Shown here one piece after another: positions 11,185-23,576 of a stretch of 39,668 bases of DNA. Position 1 is the first letter of the stretch. Every line of letters begins with the position of its first letter. The notes beneath the pieces were generated by a model that saw nothing but the letters and a program-made list of their open reading frames with translations, had not been told where the DNA came from and ran no database searches. A program made the position numbers and the translations under genes. The DNA comes from Octopus sinensis. Its lineage: Eukaryota. The stretch spans positions 1 to 39,668 of the forward strand of contig NW_021835530.1 in NCBI RefSeq assembly GCF_006345805.1, read 5' to 3'.

Positions 11185-11939
11185 TAGTTTTATTTTTATA
11201 GCGTGCTTTCACTTCACTACCGAGCGCAGCTCTGTGTGCCTTGGGTATGTGCTGTGATTTGTTGTGATGCTCTGATGGTTATTGTATGGAAAGTGTTCTG
11301 CGTAGGATGTGTGCAGTGCCTAGTAGTGCAATTTTCTGTATGTTATATGTGTTTGTAAGTCCTGGTTTTTTTGTTATGTATTTGTCTGAATATTTTTTAT
11401 CATGCCTAATGCACCTACTATGATAGGAATTGTTTCTGTTTTCAGGTTCCACATTCTAGTTATCTCTATTTCCAGGTCTTTGTATTTTGAGAGTTTCTCC
11501 ATTTCTTTTAGAGACACGTTGTCATCTGCCGGTATTGATACATCAATTAGAAAGCATTTTTTTTTCTTCATGATCTCTGACAACTATATCTGGTCTGTTG
11601 GCCTTATTTCTCTATCTGTGTGTATCGGCATATCCCAGAGTATGGTTGCTTTCTCGTTTTCTGTGACCTTTTCTGGTGTGTGCCTATACCATCTTTTTTC
11701 TGTTGTTATTCCATAATGTTGGCATAGCTTCCATGTATGTAGGTTCCAACTCTGTCATGTCTGTGAATATATTCCTTCTTAGCCAAGACTGGGCAGCTAG
11801 AGATAATATGATTTATTGTTTCTTGTCCATCTCCACATATTCTGCAGTTACTTGTAATATTTCTTTTCATTACATGTTTTTGGTAATTTCTGGTGGGGAG
11901 GCTTTGGTCTTGTGCTGCAATTAAAAATCCCTCTGTTTC
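11181..11939 (-). mobile_element. R4/Dong family F3, 5'-truncated (CCHC + RLE + 3' UTR)
   Basis: ETEGFLIAAQDQSLPTRNY, CRICGDGQETINHIISSC, RPDIVV...[36 protein letters not shown]; stop at 11279-11281; frameshifted. Confidence 0.92.
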
Positions 11940-11959
11940 TTCTTCTTCTTCTTCTTCTT

Positions 11960-12099
<140 letters not shown>

Positions 12100-12159
12100 A
12101 TACAAAAACAACACATAATTGTTTCACTGAAAGACAAAAGGATTGTACAGTAAGGGGAG

Positions 12160-12290
12160 ACCAAAGCTAGAGGACTTGGTATTGTTGTCAACGAATGTCA
12201 AATAACGGTCCCCCAAAAAACTGATATACTTTTCATGGAATCGGAGAAATTCACCTAATTTAAAGATCTGGAAATAGAAATCGATTGAAT
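12160..12290 (+). pseudogene. Ancient RLE-endonuclease remnant of an R4/Dong element
   Basis: KARGLGIVVNECQITVP...ESEKFT*FKDLEIEID resembles the KPDIVV...[13 protein letters not shown] of younger copies in the window. Confidence 0.5.
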
Positions 12291-12526
12291 TGTTTCTGAA
12301 AACAGCAGTAACAAAGCGTAAAATTAAAAGTGCATTGCAAATAAAATAATAGCAATAATAATATATACACATATTGGCTCCATGCCACTTCAAATTTAAT
12401 GGTTTCATAAAACGAACCTAGCTCGTCAGGTATAGGTAACGGATTATATATATATATATATACATATACACACACACATACATACATACATACATACATA
12501 CATACATACATACATACATACATACA

Positions 12527-12670
12527 TAGTTGGAATTTACAAAAAACAAAAGCCGGAGACAGGTGTGTAAACAACAAACTGGTGCATCATTTTAACGCTC
12601 GGGAAGGTGAGAAAGTCTTTTACGTTTCCAGCCTACGCTCTTCAACAGAAAGGAACACAAGAAAGGCTGG
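12527..12670 (-). mobile_element. Short hammerhead-bearing element, family H2, in (TACA)n/(TA)n
   Basis: Minus strand CTTT-CTGTTGA-AGAGCGTAGGCTG-GAAACGT-A-AAAG at 12617-12652; A6>U core variant and a disrupted stem II. Confidence 0.6.
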
Positions 12671-12715
12671 ATATATACACACGCACATATACATACATAT
12701 GTACATACATATACA

Positions 12716-13098
12716 GACGCAGGCATGGTTGCAAAGTTAAAAATCTTGCTTTGATAACATGTAGTTTCAAAGTCAGTTACTCTGTGTAGCACTTTGGCTA
12801 AATGTCTTTCGCTATAATACCGAACCCATTAATTCTTTGTGAGCGAATTTAGTAGAAGAAAACTATGTGGAAGCGCGTTGTATACATATGTGTGTATGTA
12901 TGCGAATGTGTGTATATGTCCTCTACCCATTGCATGGCAACTGATGTTGGTTTGTTCGTGTGCTCGTGATTTCGTTCGACCAAACAGAACTGTAGAATAA
13001 GTACCAGATTAAAAAAAATTACTAGTACCTGATTGATTTGTTTGACTATTAACTTTCAATGCAATATCCAGCATGGCCTTAGTCCAATGACCGAAACA
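12716..13098 (+). mobile_element. SINE family A, old degenerate copy
   Basis: GCAGGCATGGTTG head, AGAATAAGTACCAG and CCAGCATGGCC..GTCCAATGACCGAAACAAG tail match family A. Confidence 0.7.
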
Positions 13099-13104
13099 AG
13101 TAAT

Positions 13105-13262
13105 ACTGGCCCTCCGTCGTTAACGGCTACGTGGGCCGCAGTTGATCCTATCAATGGAATTGTGATATTAACGTGCAAGTGGCTGAGCACTCCACAGACA
13201 CTCGTACCCTTAACGCAGTTCGCGGGAACATTCAGCACTGACACACAAATTGACACGGTTGA
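13105..13262 (-). mobile_element. SINE family C, 3' part
   Basis: Reverse complement GAGTGCTCAGCCACTTGCACGTTAAT matches 21730-21760. Confidence 0.75.
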
Positions 13263-13371
13263 ACTTTGAATTACAGATATGTACTATTCATTTTTTGTCT
13301 TTTTGCCAGGTGTACAGTCACAATACGTTGACTAACTTAAATACAATAGAAACATCAGAACCACCACAGAA

Positions 13372-13415
<44 letters not shown>

Positions 13416-13669
13416 CATAGATAATATGTGTGATGGATGGATCGGTCCTGCCGTGCCGACCTTCCTTTTCTTATTTTGGAGTTGGCAATTTTTGATACGT
13501 ATCATGTGTTTTCGTGATGGAGGGATAAACAGTTGTGGACAGCATCGATAAACATAAGTTTTAATTCACCATTGTATGGAGTCCAAGGCACACAGATTTG
13601 TGGTCGATACTACAACGACATCACGCGATCAAAATAACGGTACTATAACAAAGATATATGCAAAAACGA

Positions 13670-13743
<74 letters not shown>

Positions 13744-13745
<2 letters not shown>

Positions 13746-13925
13746 GGTAGTAAACACATAAATGTGAAAGAAGGTGGAAAAAAGAGTACTCAAATACCAG
13801 TGGTGTAGAGTATATGCTTTATTTAAAGCAGCAGAGAAATTCAACAAAACCTGTTACTCTGAGTTTCCCGTTGCAACGGGAAACTCAGAGTAACAGGTTT
13901 TGTTGAATTTAAATTCAATATAAAG
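13744..13925 (-). mobile_element. (TA)n-flanked element ending in a 74-bp perfect palindrome
   Basis: 13837-13873 is the exact reverse complement of 13874-13910; each arm carries GAAACTCAGAGT, the same string as the hammerhead at 39168-39179. Confidence 0.75.
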
Positions 13926-13933
13926 TATATATA

Positions 13934-13974
<41 letters not shown>

Positions 13975-14664
13975 TTCTTTCTATGTATTTCCCTCTCTTG
14001 TTGTTCTTCCTTTCTGTTTTTCTCTCCAACCCTTTCCCTATATTTCTCCCCTCCCATTTCTCTCTCTCTCTCTCTCTCACTCTTTCTCCTTGGCTCTCTC
14101 GTTCCTCACATGTGACCAACGGATATCCATCTTCCTTTCTTCCACTTCCTTCCTAAAGACAAGACGTGCTTTTGCCAGTCTCTTCTCAAAGCTCGTTTTT
14201 CCAAGCGTTCACCACTTCACATCGTCTTGGCTTAACAGCCCTCGCCGTTTGTTTTTACTGTTTTGTTCTCACTGTCCTGTTTCTGTTACCACTTTCACCC
14301 TCCGCAAACAATCCCAAATTTTATTTAATTTGCTTTGTGGGAAGAACTGTTTTAACGAAGTCGCGTCTTGACCTTATCTTTGCAATGCGGGGTAGATAAA
14401 ACAGGGGACAACTGATGATGGAAATGTTCTTTATGTTGCCTGTTTCGTTTCTCTATTTGTTTCTTTCGTTGTTCGAAAAATAATTCGTTTTCTATGGTTT
14501 TGTTTTTTATGTTCTTGTTTCTCATTTTGTTGACGTTTTTTTATGTCCTGTACCCATACATGCATGCATATATACATATATATGTAGGTATGTACATATA
14601 TGTATATATGCGTATATTTATATTTTATTTATATTATTATATTATCGAACGCCACACATCCAAG

Positions 14665-14712
<48 letters not shown>

Positions 14713-15753
14713 ACAGAGAAGGGGGAGAAAGAAGCAGAGAAATATGTAAATATATAAATACACACACACACAGACATATATATACCATATATATATATAT
14801 GGAGAAGGGGGTATATCTATAATATATATACATATATATATTACCATATATATATATATATGTTGCAATTGATGTTGATGATGATGACGACAACGACAAT
14901 TATGATAATGATGATAATGATGGTGATGATGATGATGCTGCTGATGATGATGATGCTGCTGATGATGATGATGATGATGACGACGATGATGTTGACGACG
15001 ATGACCGCGGCGGCTGGTGGTGGTGGTGATAGTGGTGGTGGCGGTGGTCTTGGAGATGGGGGTGGTGGTAGTGGTGGTGATAGTTTTGGTGGTGATACCT
15101 TTTATAAATATATATATATATATATTTCTCGTTTTTATTGCCTCTCGTTTAAGAAATCACACTTCTTGAAAGTATCATTTTTCCTAATCCAAAACGCTAG
15201 ATGTTCATAAGAACATTTCACAGAATTAATCTGCTAGCTTTGCTGAATATAGTAGGTTATTATATAAGATTGCATTTCAGAATAATGCGTGTAAAGTTGG
15301 TGTGAAGTGTCTAGGAATCGATCGAAGACTAAATCCCTGATGTCAGATAGAAAGGAGCTGATAGCAGAACAGTGAGCTCTCTTGCGTCCTTGCTGCACAT
15401 TCGCTTCCAATTTATCAACTTCAAAGAAAGCCAGACATTAAATAAATGTTTCTCTCTTCTTACGACTTCGTTTACACACACATGCACATATGTACACACA
15501 CACACACACACACACACTCACTCGGAAGGACAAACACGCATCTATAGACATATATATATATATACACATGTACACATACACATATACACACAAATATACC
15601 TCAACACCGACACAAACACACAAAAATACATAAATATGTGTGTGCGTGTAACCTACACGAGTCGGTGGGTATTTATGTATATGGACATATATACACGCAC
15701 ACAGACACATATATACACACATACATATATATGTGTGTGTGCATGAGTGTATG

Positions 15754-15785
<32 letters not shown>

Positions 15786-15837
15786 TGTGTGTGTGTATAT
15801 ATATATGTACATATACATACATATATATATATATTCC

Positions 15838-15870
<33 letters not shown>

Positions 15871-16068
15871 AAACATATATACACACGCAAAAGTATATAC
15901 ATATTTCAGAACACACACACATATACACATCTTGTGAATACATACGTATCTGTGTATATACGATATACAGTAATAGAATAGCATTACATATGTGCATTTA
16001 TAATATAAAACCCTCAAACACACACTTACGCACATAAAAACTTAGCGCACGCATATACACATACATAC

Positions 16069-16111
<43 letters not shown>

Positions 16112-16115
16112 CATA

Positions 16116-16160
<45 letters not shown>

Positions 16161-16319
16161 ATAACCTACCGCACGAACACACGTGTATGTGTGAATGTCT
16201 GTGTGGGTCGATGTCAGGTGTAGAGAGAGATGAATGACTTTTAGATGCCCATACATATATAAAGCTATATTAAGTACACGTTTGCAAAAATGTATATGCA
16301 TATACTCAAATAGAGAAAC

Positions 16320-16393
<74 letters not shown>

Positions 16394-16767
16394 TCACACA
16401 CACATATATATATATAGAGAGAGAGAGGGGGGAGGATTTTATGCACACGCGAACATATATGAATTAAGATACACCAGCAAATACACATTCACAAGTATAT
16501 AGAAAAGGGAAGAGAAAATGTGCGGGAAAATGTACAAAGATTGATAAGTAAATAAATACATAGATACGTATACAAAAGCACCACACACACACACGCAAAC
16601 ACGCATACTCATACACATACACGAACACACACACACACACCTGCACACTCATTCAACCATGTGTATATACATATGCGTGCTTGTGTGTGCGTGTGTTTTT
16701 ATGTGTGTGTGCATGTATGTATGTGTGTAGGTTTAGTGAGCGTGTATGCATATTATATACATAAATG

Positions 16768-16835
<68 letters not shown>

Positions 16836-16904
16836 TGTATGTATATATGTGTGCGTGCGCACGTACGTAAGTATGTACACTTGAAAGTATAATATAGGTC
16901 GATA

Positions 16905-16938
16905 GATGAGAATGGATGGATAGATAGATAGATGGATA

Positions 16939-16987
<49 letters not shown>

Positions 16988-17029
16988 AGATGATAGATAG
17001 ATATATAGACAGAATAGATAGATAGATAG

Positions 17030-17064
<35 letters not shown>

Positions 17065-17101
17065 CAGATAGATAGACAGAGAGATAGATAGATAGATATA
17101 T

Positions 17102-17171
<70 letters not shown>

Positions 17172-17172
17172 C
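16905..17172. repeat. (AGAT)n microsatellite
   Basis: Direct reading of the sequence. Confidence 0.95.
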
Positions 17173-17188
17173 GACATGTACGCATAAC

Positions 17189-17219
<31 letters not shown>

Positions 17220-17870
17220 ACATACATACGTTTTTGTGTGTGTGATGTATATATATACCTATACGTATACATATATATACATACTTACACACGCTCACAC
17301 ACACACACAAATACACACATTCAAAGGCACACACACATATATATATGTATACATACAATGTCTATAGGTATTCAAATAGCGAGTTAGGTAGGTGAAAGAG
17401 GAAGGAAGAGCGAGAAAAGAGGAGAGGAAAAAAGATAGTCTTACGGAGACTCAAACAGTGATTTATAGCTATATACTCACATCACACCTCCATACTCATA
17501 GAAAGATACATAGATACGTCCATTGAGTGTATATGTATATGTGTGCGCGTATGTATGTACGTGTGTGTGTATGTATGTGTGTGTGTATGTGTGTGTATGC
17601 ATGTGTGTGTGTGTGTGTTTGAGAGAAAGAGAGAGAGAGAGAGAGTGAGTGAGAGAGTAGGTGGGTGTCAAAGTTTCCGTATGATCACACAGGAAGAATC
17701 GAAGAAAACATTTCTTTTCCAACATGAAACAGATATATCATTGTAGAGATTCCTCCACATTTATCATTCTAGCTAGTCTCATCTTCAACTTCATGTTACC
17801 GACGTGTGTGTGTGTATGTGTGTGTGTATGTGTGTGTGTGTTGTGTGTGTGTTGGTGTGTGTGTGGCCTG

Positions 17871-17914
<44 letters not shown>

Positions 17915-18025
17915 TATAAATATATATATATATTATATATAAAATATATATATATATAGTATATATATGGTATATATATGTATGTGTGTGTATATATAAT
18001 GTACATATATGTATGTATATATATG

Positions 18026-18069
<44 letters not shown>

Positions 18070-18074
18070 AATAT

Positions 18075-18123
<49 letters not shown>

Positions 18124-18822
18124 CATATATATACATGTATGTGTGTATGTGTGTGTGTGTGTGTGTATTCAGTAAGATGGAATTGGCTACATGAAGGGCA
18201 GGTGGGCCGGTTGGTTGGTTGGTTGGTTGATTCTTTGGTTCGTTGGTTAGTAAGTTGGTCGGTTGCTGTCGTTTTCTAAAGCTGACGATCTTATCAGACA
18301 GATTGGTTTATATAAAGCTAGGTAACTTGTAAAACGAGATTGGATTGTGTTGACGAAAACGAATCTGATGTTAGAGATATGACATAACATCTGCGATACT
18401 GTGTGTTACAGCGTGTTGCAGCTGTTTCTTTCGACAAAGTGGCGGTTTGCGATGTATGCGAATGTCGGATCTTCTCCTGACAGGTTCCTGATCGAGTACT
18501 TTAACCGTGAAGTAAATAGCTGAATTGAGTGTACATATATGACTAATGCGTAACATTAGTGGCAATGGCTAAACTAATCTTCTCTGAGAACATACTCTCG
18601 TATACTAAAAGATTTCAGAAATATCAAAACATGAAAAGTAAATCATGAATACAGCGTAATACATTTTATGCTGTAAGGGAGAAGCGAAATGAAATTCCAC
18701 ATTTCGGACAGTATGCCTTAGATTGCCTGAAGACCCAAGGCTTGCTATCAAAACTTGACTAGACTATATCTGTGATGTATGAAACAGTTAGTAGCTCGTA
18801 ACCGTGTACTGTGTACATTAAA

Positions 18823-18862
<40 letters not shown>

Positions 18863-18863
18863 A

Positions 18864-18916
<53 letters not shown>

Positions 18917-19582
18917 ACAGAGGACTTACCAGAGATAAGCGACATCATCGGCCTATGTATATTATCAGCACTACCTATTTCCACAGCCTATTTCTATGAA
19001 ATTTCAATCCCCAAATTCAAAACTTTAGTAAAGAATTGCAAACTCGGAAGATTTTCAATTGCAATAAATCAGTTAATTTTCTCAATGTCAACCAAGATTT
19101 AGAATCTTCTATTTAAAAAGTCTACGAAAAAGAAAACAAACAAAAATCGGTATATACACATGCAATCTAACAATTCAAAAAGGTTTATTATAAATATATT
19201 CAAAAACATATCACTAAGACTCTGTTCTTTATTATCCATTACACAAATATTCACTGAAATATGCACTCCATATATCTCAAGCTCTTCATAACTAATAAAC
19301 AAGCATATCATTCCCTACAACTAACAACTTTTGAGAAAAATTGTAGCCACTCATAACAATTCGTATCTTTCAAAATATGAGAAACGAGCAAGTCTTATCT
19401 TGGAAGCCACTGTCAAACTTTTCCTTGTAAAAGTTAATAAATATATATTCGACTAAAACGTATTGAGTATTTAGTGAGGAGAAAAAGTTCTGAGAATTCA
19501 AAGTTGCTAGGAATCTAAAGATGGTAAAAGCATATGTGGGAGGGGGTGGGATTCCATGTATGTATATTCATTTATACATTTA

Positions 19583-20036
19583 TTCTTTTAATTGTTTCGG
19601 ACATTTGAATGCAGCCATGTTGGAGGACCACCTTGAATGATTTTAGTCGAACAATTCTACGTATTATTTTTAAACCTAGTACTTATTCTATCATTCTCAG
19701 ATTCCAAACGGCTAAGTTACGGGGGATGTAAACACACCGACACCAGTTGTCAAACGGTGATGGGAGAACAAACACAGACACACACATATATATGTATTCA
19801 TGTAAATATAAGACGGGCTTCCTTCAGTTTCCGTCTACCAAATCCCGGCTTTGGTCGGCTTTGGTCGGCCCGGCTTTGGTCGGCTTTGGTCGGCCCGGCT
19901 TTGGTCGGCTTTGGTCGGCCCGGCTTTGGTCGGCCCGAGGCTATAATAGAAGGCACTTGCCCAAAGTGCTATGCAGTGCGACTGAATCCGCAATCAGGCA
20001 GCTGGGAAGCAAGCTTCCTACCACATAATCACGCCT
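19583..20036 (-). mobile_element. SINE family A with an internal minisatellite expansion at 19844-19937
   Basis: Colinear with 1-278 and 38454-38768 except that the GGCTTTGGTCGGCCCG segment is amplified. Confidence 0.88.
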
Positions 20037-20053
20037 AAGTAAATGCGTGCATG

Positions 20054-20226
20054 TATGTGTGTGTGTGTGGTGTTGAGAATGACGCGAGCATGAGGGGAAT
20101 GGAACAAATGGTGTGGCCTGCGGAGCCAACAGACAGCCTACCGGTCCTGGTAGACTGTCTGTTTATATATATATATATATAGATTATATTATATATATAT
20201 ATATATGCTCGCGTCATTCTCAACAC

Positions 20227-20242
<16 letters not shown>
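20054..20242. repeat. Perfect 38-bp inverted repeat (20054-20091 / 20205-20242) around a 113-bp spacer
   Basis: TATGTGTGTGTGTGTGGTGTTGAGAATGACGCGAGCAT and its exact reverse complement, checked base by base. Confidence 0.92.
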
Positions 20243-20282
<40 letters not shown>

Positions 20283-20284
20283 TA

Positions 20285-20958
20285 TAAAACTATAAATTAG
20301 GGTATCTGAGAGATACCACCATGCTGAAATAGCAGCCAAACCCTGACACTAAAGCCACATTAAATGTTCATATAGCGCTAGGAGAGAAGACAGAGAGACA
20401 AAATAAACTAGCAAAAAAGATTTTTCTGAATAATTCAAGATCCTGGATTTCTGGCTTTGCATAAGAGAAGCTCTGCCTTCGTCAGCTGAATGTATCAGAT
20501 AAGCGCATAAATACAGATACATATATACAGAACATACGCTATACTTACATATACGAACACTCATACATATATATGCACGTATGTACAAGACCAGCTGAAA
20601 TTGTCTGCCCAACAGCTCCACGCGCGATATGGTCAAAATAAACACCGCAGTGAATACAATGACGAATTATATAAATTTATAAATAAAGATGATATCGATA
20701 TTTAAATATCGATCTTACCAAGTGGCCAGCATGGGAATAAATACCATACAAAGGTAATAATTATTTAAAACTATAAATTAGGGTATCTGAGAGATACCAC
20801 CATGCTGAAATAGCAGTCAAAACCCTGACTCTAAAACCACATTAAATGTTCATATAGCGCTAGGAGAGAAGACAGAGAGACAAAATAAACTAGCAAAAAA
20901 GATTTTTCTGGATAATTCAAGATCCTGGATTTCTGGCTTTGCATAAGAGAAGCCCTGC
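20285..20958 (-). mobile_element. Retrozyme-like / Penelope pLTR-like element: 1.4 tandem copies of a 482-nt unit
   Basis: Near-identical ~190-bp direct repeats at 20285-20476 and 20766-20958; hammerhead at the repeat edge; left end abuts (TA)n. Confidence 0.75.
20433..20491 (-). ncRNA. Type I hammerhead ribozyme (predicted cleavage 3' of the C at 20439)
   Basis: Minus strand ATTCAG-CTGACGA-AGGC...GCCA-GAAA-TCC-A-GGA-T-C-TTGAAT: 6-bp stem I, canonical core, 4-bp stem III, AUC triplet. Confidence 0.8.
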
Positions 20959-20993
20959 GGTATTTATTCAGAGAGGGGAAGATCAGGAGGAAT

Positions 20994-21207
20994 AAACGTT
21001 AGCACGCCGGGCGAAATGCTTTGCGGTATTTCGTCTGCGTTACGTTGTGAGTTCAAATTCCGCCGAGGTCGACTTTGCCTTTCATCCTTTCGGGGTCGAT
21101 AAATTAAGTACCAGTTACGCACTGGGGTCGATGTAATCGACTTAATACCTATGTCTGTCCTTGTTTGTCCCCTCTGTGTTTAGCCCCTTGTGGGTAATAA
21201 AGAAATA
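20994..21207 (+). mobile_element. SINE family B, young subfamily, lacking the first ~18 nt
   Basis: AAACGTTAGCACGCCGGGCG...GAGTTCAAATTCC...GTGGGTAATAAAGAAATA. Confidence 0.9.
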
Positions 21208-21496
21208 GGAATGGTAGCAACAGACTGTAGTGAGGAGGAGGTGTTTGAGTTAGATGTGGGAAGTGTGGTGGATGCATTGGAAGGGTGGGAGGAGAGAGAT
21301 AGGAGGAATGAATGCGTAGGGTGTTGGAGTAATAGGAGGGTGGGAGTGAGAGGATGAGGGGAAGTGGATATATATATATATATATGTGTTGTGTTTGTGT
21401 GTGTGTGTGTGGGTGTGTGTGCGCGCGCGCGTGTGTGTATGTGTGTGTGTGACTATCTACATTCTTATGTACGCATTTATATACCTACGTACGTAA

Positions 21497-21826
21497 GTGA
21501 AAGTGCGTGGCTTAGTGGTCAGAGATGTTGAGCTCACTCTCGTAAGAACGTAATTTCGATTCTCATCAGCATGCTGTGTCTTTGAGCAAAGGCATATTAC
21601 TTCTCGATGCTCCAGTCCACTTAGCTGGTAAAAAGTAGTTGTGCCTGCATTTTCAATGAGCCAGCCTTGTCACATTCAGTGTTACATGCTGAATCTCTCT
21701 GAGAACTACGTTATGAGTACGAGTGTGTGTTGAGTGTTCAGCCACTTGCACGTTAATTTCACTAACAGGCTGCCCCGTTGATCGAATCAACCGGAACCCA
21801 CGTCGTCGGAACCAACGGGATGCCAC
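21497..21826 (+). mobile_element. tRNA-derived SINE, family C
   Basis: Canonical A-box TGGCTTAGTGG at 21508-21518, degenerate B-box AATTTCGATTCTC, 3' body shared with 13105-13262. Confidence 0.75.
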
Positions 21827-22256
21827 TTTTAATCTTTTGTATGTTTGTACGCGTAAGTGTATGTATTTGTTAAGGACTTTTGTAACAAATTACTGCATCA
21901 CACTAATTACGGTATGTCTTGTTACCGAATAGATATGCCCCTAGAAAGTTAATTCCTTATTGTTTCCGACTTCCTCGTTCTCTGTTTTCACAGTATTTTG
22001 AGGATTCAGGCCAGAGTGTCAATGAAGGTCTTCTCGTATATTCTCCACAGAACATATCAGAGTTGTTCAAAACGGAGCAAGTCGCGTGAAGCAGCGTTGT
22101 GCTTTTCTTCTGCTGTTGATAAATTTGATGTGGCTTTGCGATGTTTTGTTGCTGTTGCTGTTGTCGTTGTTGCTGTAGTTGCCCTTATTCTCTTGCAGGC
22201 TGGTCGGCAAAAATGAAGCCATTTACAAACTTTTCGAGGGCCTCTACTACTGCCAA

Positions 22257-22474
22257 TGATAACAATCCTTCTACTATAGGCACTAGACCTGAAATTTTAG
22301 AGGATAGGGAAATTCGATCGACCCCAGAACTTGACTGGCACTTAATTCATCGACCCAGTAAGGATGAAAAGTAAAGTCTACCTCGGTAGAATTCGAACTC
22401 AAAACGTAAACACAGACGAAATGAAATGCTGCGAAAAAATTTACCCGGCGTGCTAACAATTCTGCCAGCTCGCC

Positions 22475-22475
<1 letters not shown>
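22257..22475 (-). mobile_element. SINE family B
   Basis: Minus strand TGGCGAGCTGGCAGAATTGTTAGCACG head, GAGTTCGAATTC B-box. Confidence 0.88.
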
Positions 22476-22523
<48 letters not shown>

Positions 22524-22547
22524 TGATGATAATAATAATAATAATAA

Positions 22548-23021
22548 TTGTGAAAGACCAAAACAATAAAGTTTGCTTATTGATCGACATGAGCATCCCC
22601 TGTGATCATAATATCTCAGCGAAAGAGTTTGACAAGCTCAGAAAATATAAAGACCTACTCATTGAAATTGAGAAAATGTGGCATCTCAAGGCGGTTACAA
22701 TACCAGTGATCGTAGGAGCACTAGGAATGATCAAGAAGGGAACCGAAAATTATATGAGAATGATCCCTGGCTTACCATCCCTGCAAGAAGTGCAAAAGAT
22801 TGTCTTAACTGGTACATCACACGTATTGAGAAGAGCATTGTCGATGTGAAAACTGTTGCTGCTCATGTATTTTAATTTAACTTAAAAAAAAAAAAAAAAA
22901 TGAACGAACTATTGAGTTTAGTTTAATGGCCTACCAATGTATACTATGAGTTTCTTTGCCCTAGGAGTCGGGAAGACACTCGGCAAGAAATGGAAGCAAA
23001 TTTGAAAGAAGAAAAAAAAAA

Positions 23022-23023
<2 letters not shown>
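22548..23023 (+). mobile_element. Dong family F1, short 5'-truncated copy (RLE C-terminus + 3' UTR)
   Basis: Open frame VKDQNNKVCLLIDMSIPCDHNISAKEFDKLRKYKDLLIEIEKMW...RRALSM* to 22849; nearly identical to 7662-8140; (AAT)n on both sides. Confidence 0.93.
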
Positions 23024-23080
<57 letters not shown>

Positions 23081-23082
<2 letters not shown>

Positions 23083-23270
23083 GTTTTAAAACAAACATAA
23101 TTTTCTTATGGTTTCTTAAACATTTTCTAGAACAACACTATGTACAAAACCAAATATATGGCATCCTAGGCATAACACCAACATGAACTTCCAACTTATT
23201 GTCTCTTGAGGTCTCTGGGTGAGACTTGGATTCAACTTGTACAAATGTAAAGCAAAAGTCAAACATAAAA
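23081..23270 (+). mobile_element. Dong family F2, 3' UTR-only insertion
   Basis: Matches 31860-32060; embedded in (AAT)n. Confidence 0.85.
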
Positions 23271-23322
23271 TAACAATAATAATAATAATAATAATAATAT
23301 TAATAATAATAATAATAATAAT

Positions 23323-23360
<38 letters not shown>

Positions 23361-23418
23361 TAATAATAATGATAATAATAATAATAATAATATAATAATA
23401 ATAATGTTAATAATAATG

Positions 23419-23472
<54 letters not shown>

Positions 23473-23495
23473 TTAATAATAATAATAATAATAAT

Positions 23496-23576
<81 letters not shown>

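Noticed and set aside
12385-12437. Minus-strand CTGACGA...GAAACC
   Set aside because: Stems I-III do not pair.
14405-14450. GGACAA-CTGATGA-TGGAAATGT as a hammerhead within a ~480-bp microsatellite-flanked block
   Set aside because: No room for stem II and no stem I partner; may be a deleted relic but cannot be supported.
18926-18960. Minus-strand ADDVA, either an RT YADD remnant or a 23-bp micro-exon with a perfect donor
   Set aside because: Too short to distinguish from chance.
21545-21575. Minus-strand CTGATGAGAATCGAAA
   Set aside because: This is the antisense of the SINE C B-box region; only a 1-bp stem II and no stem I.
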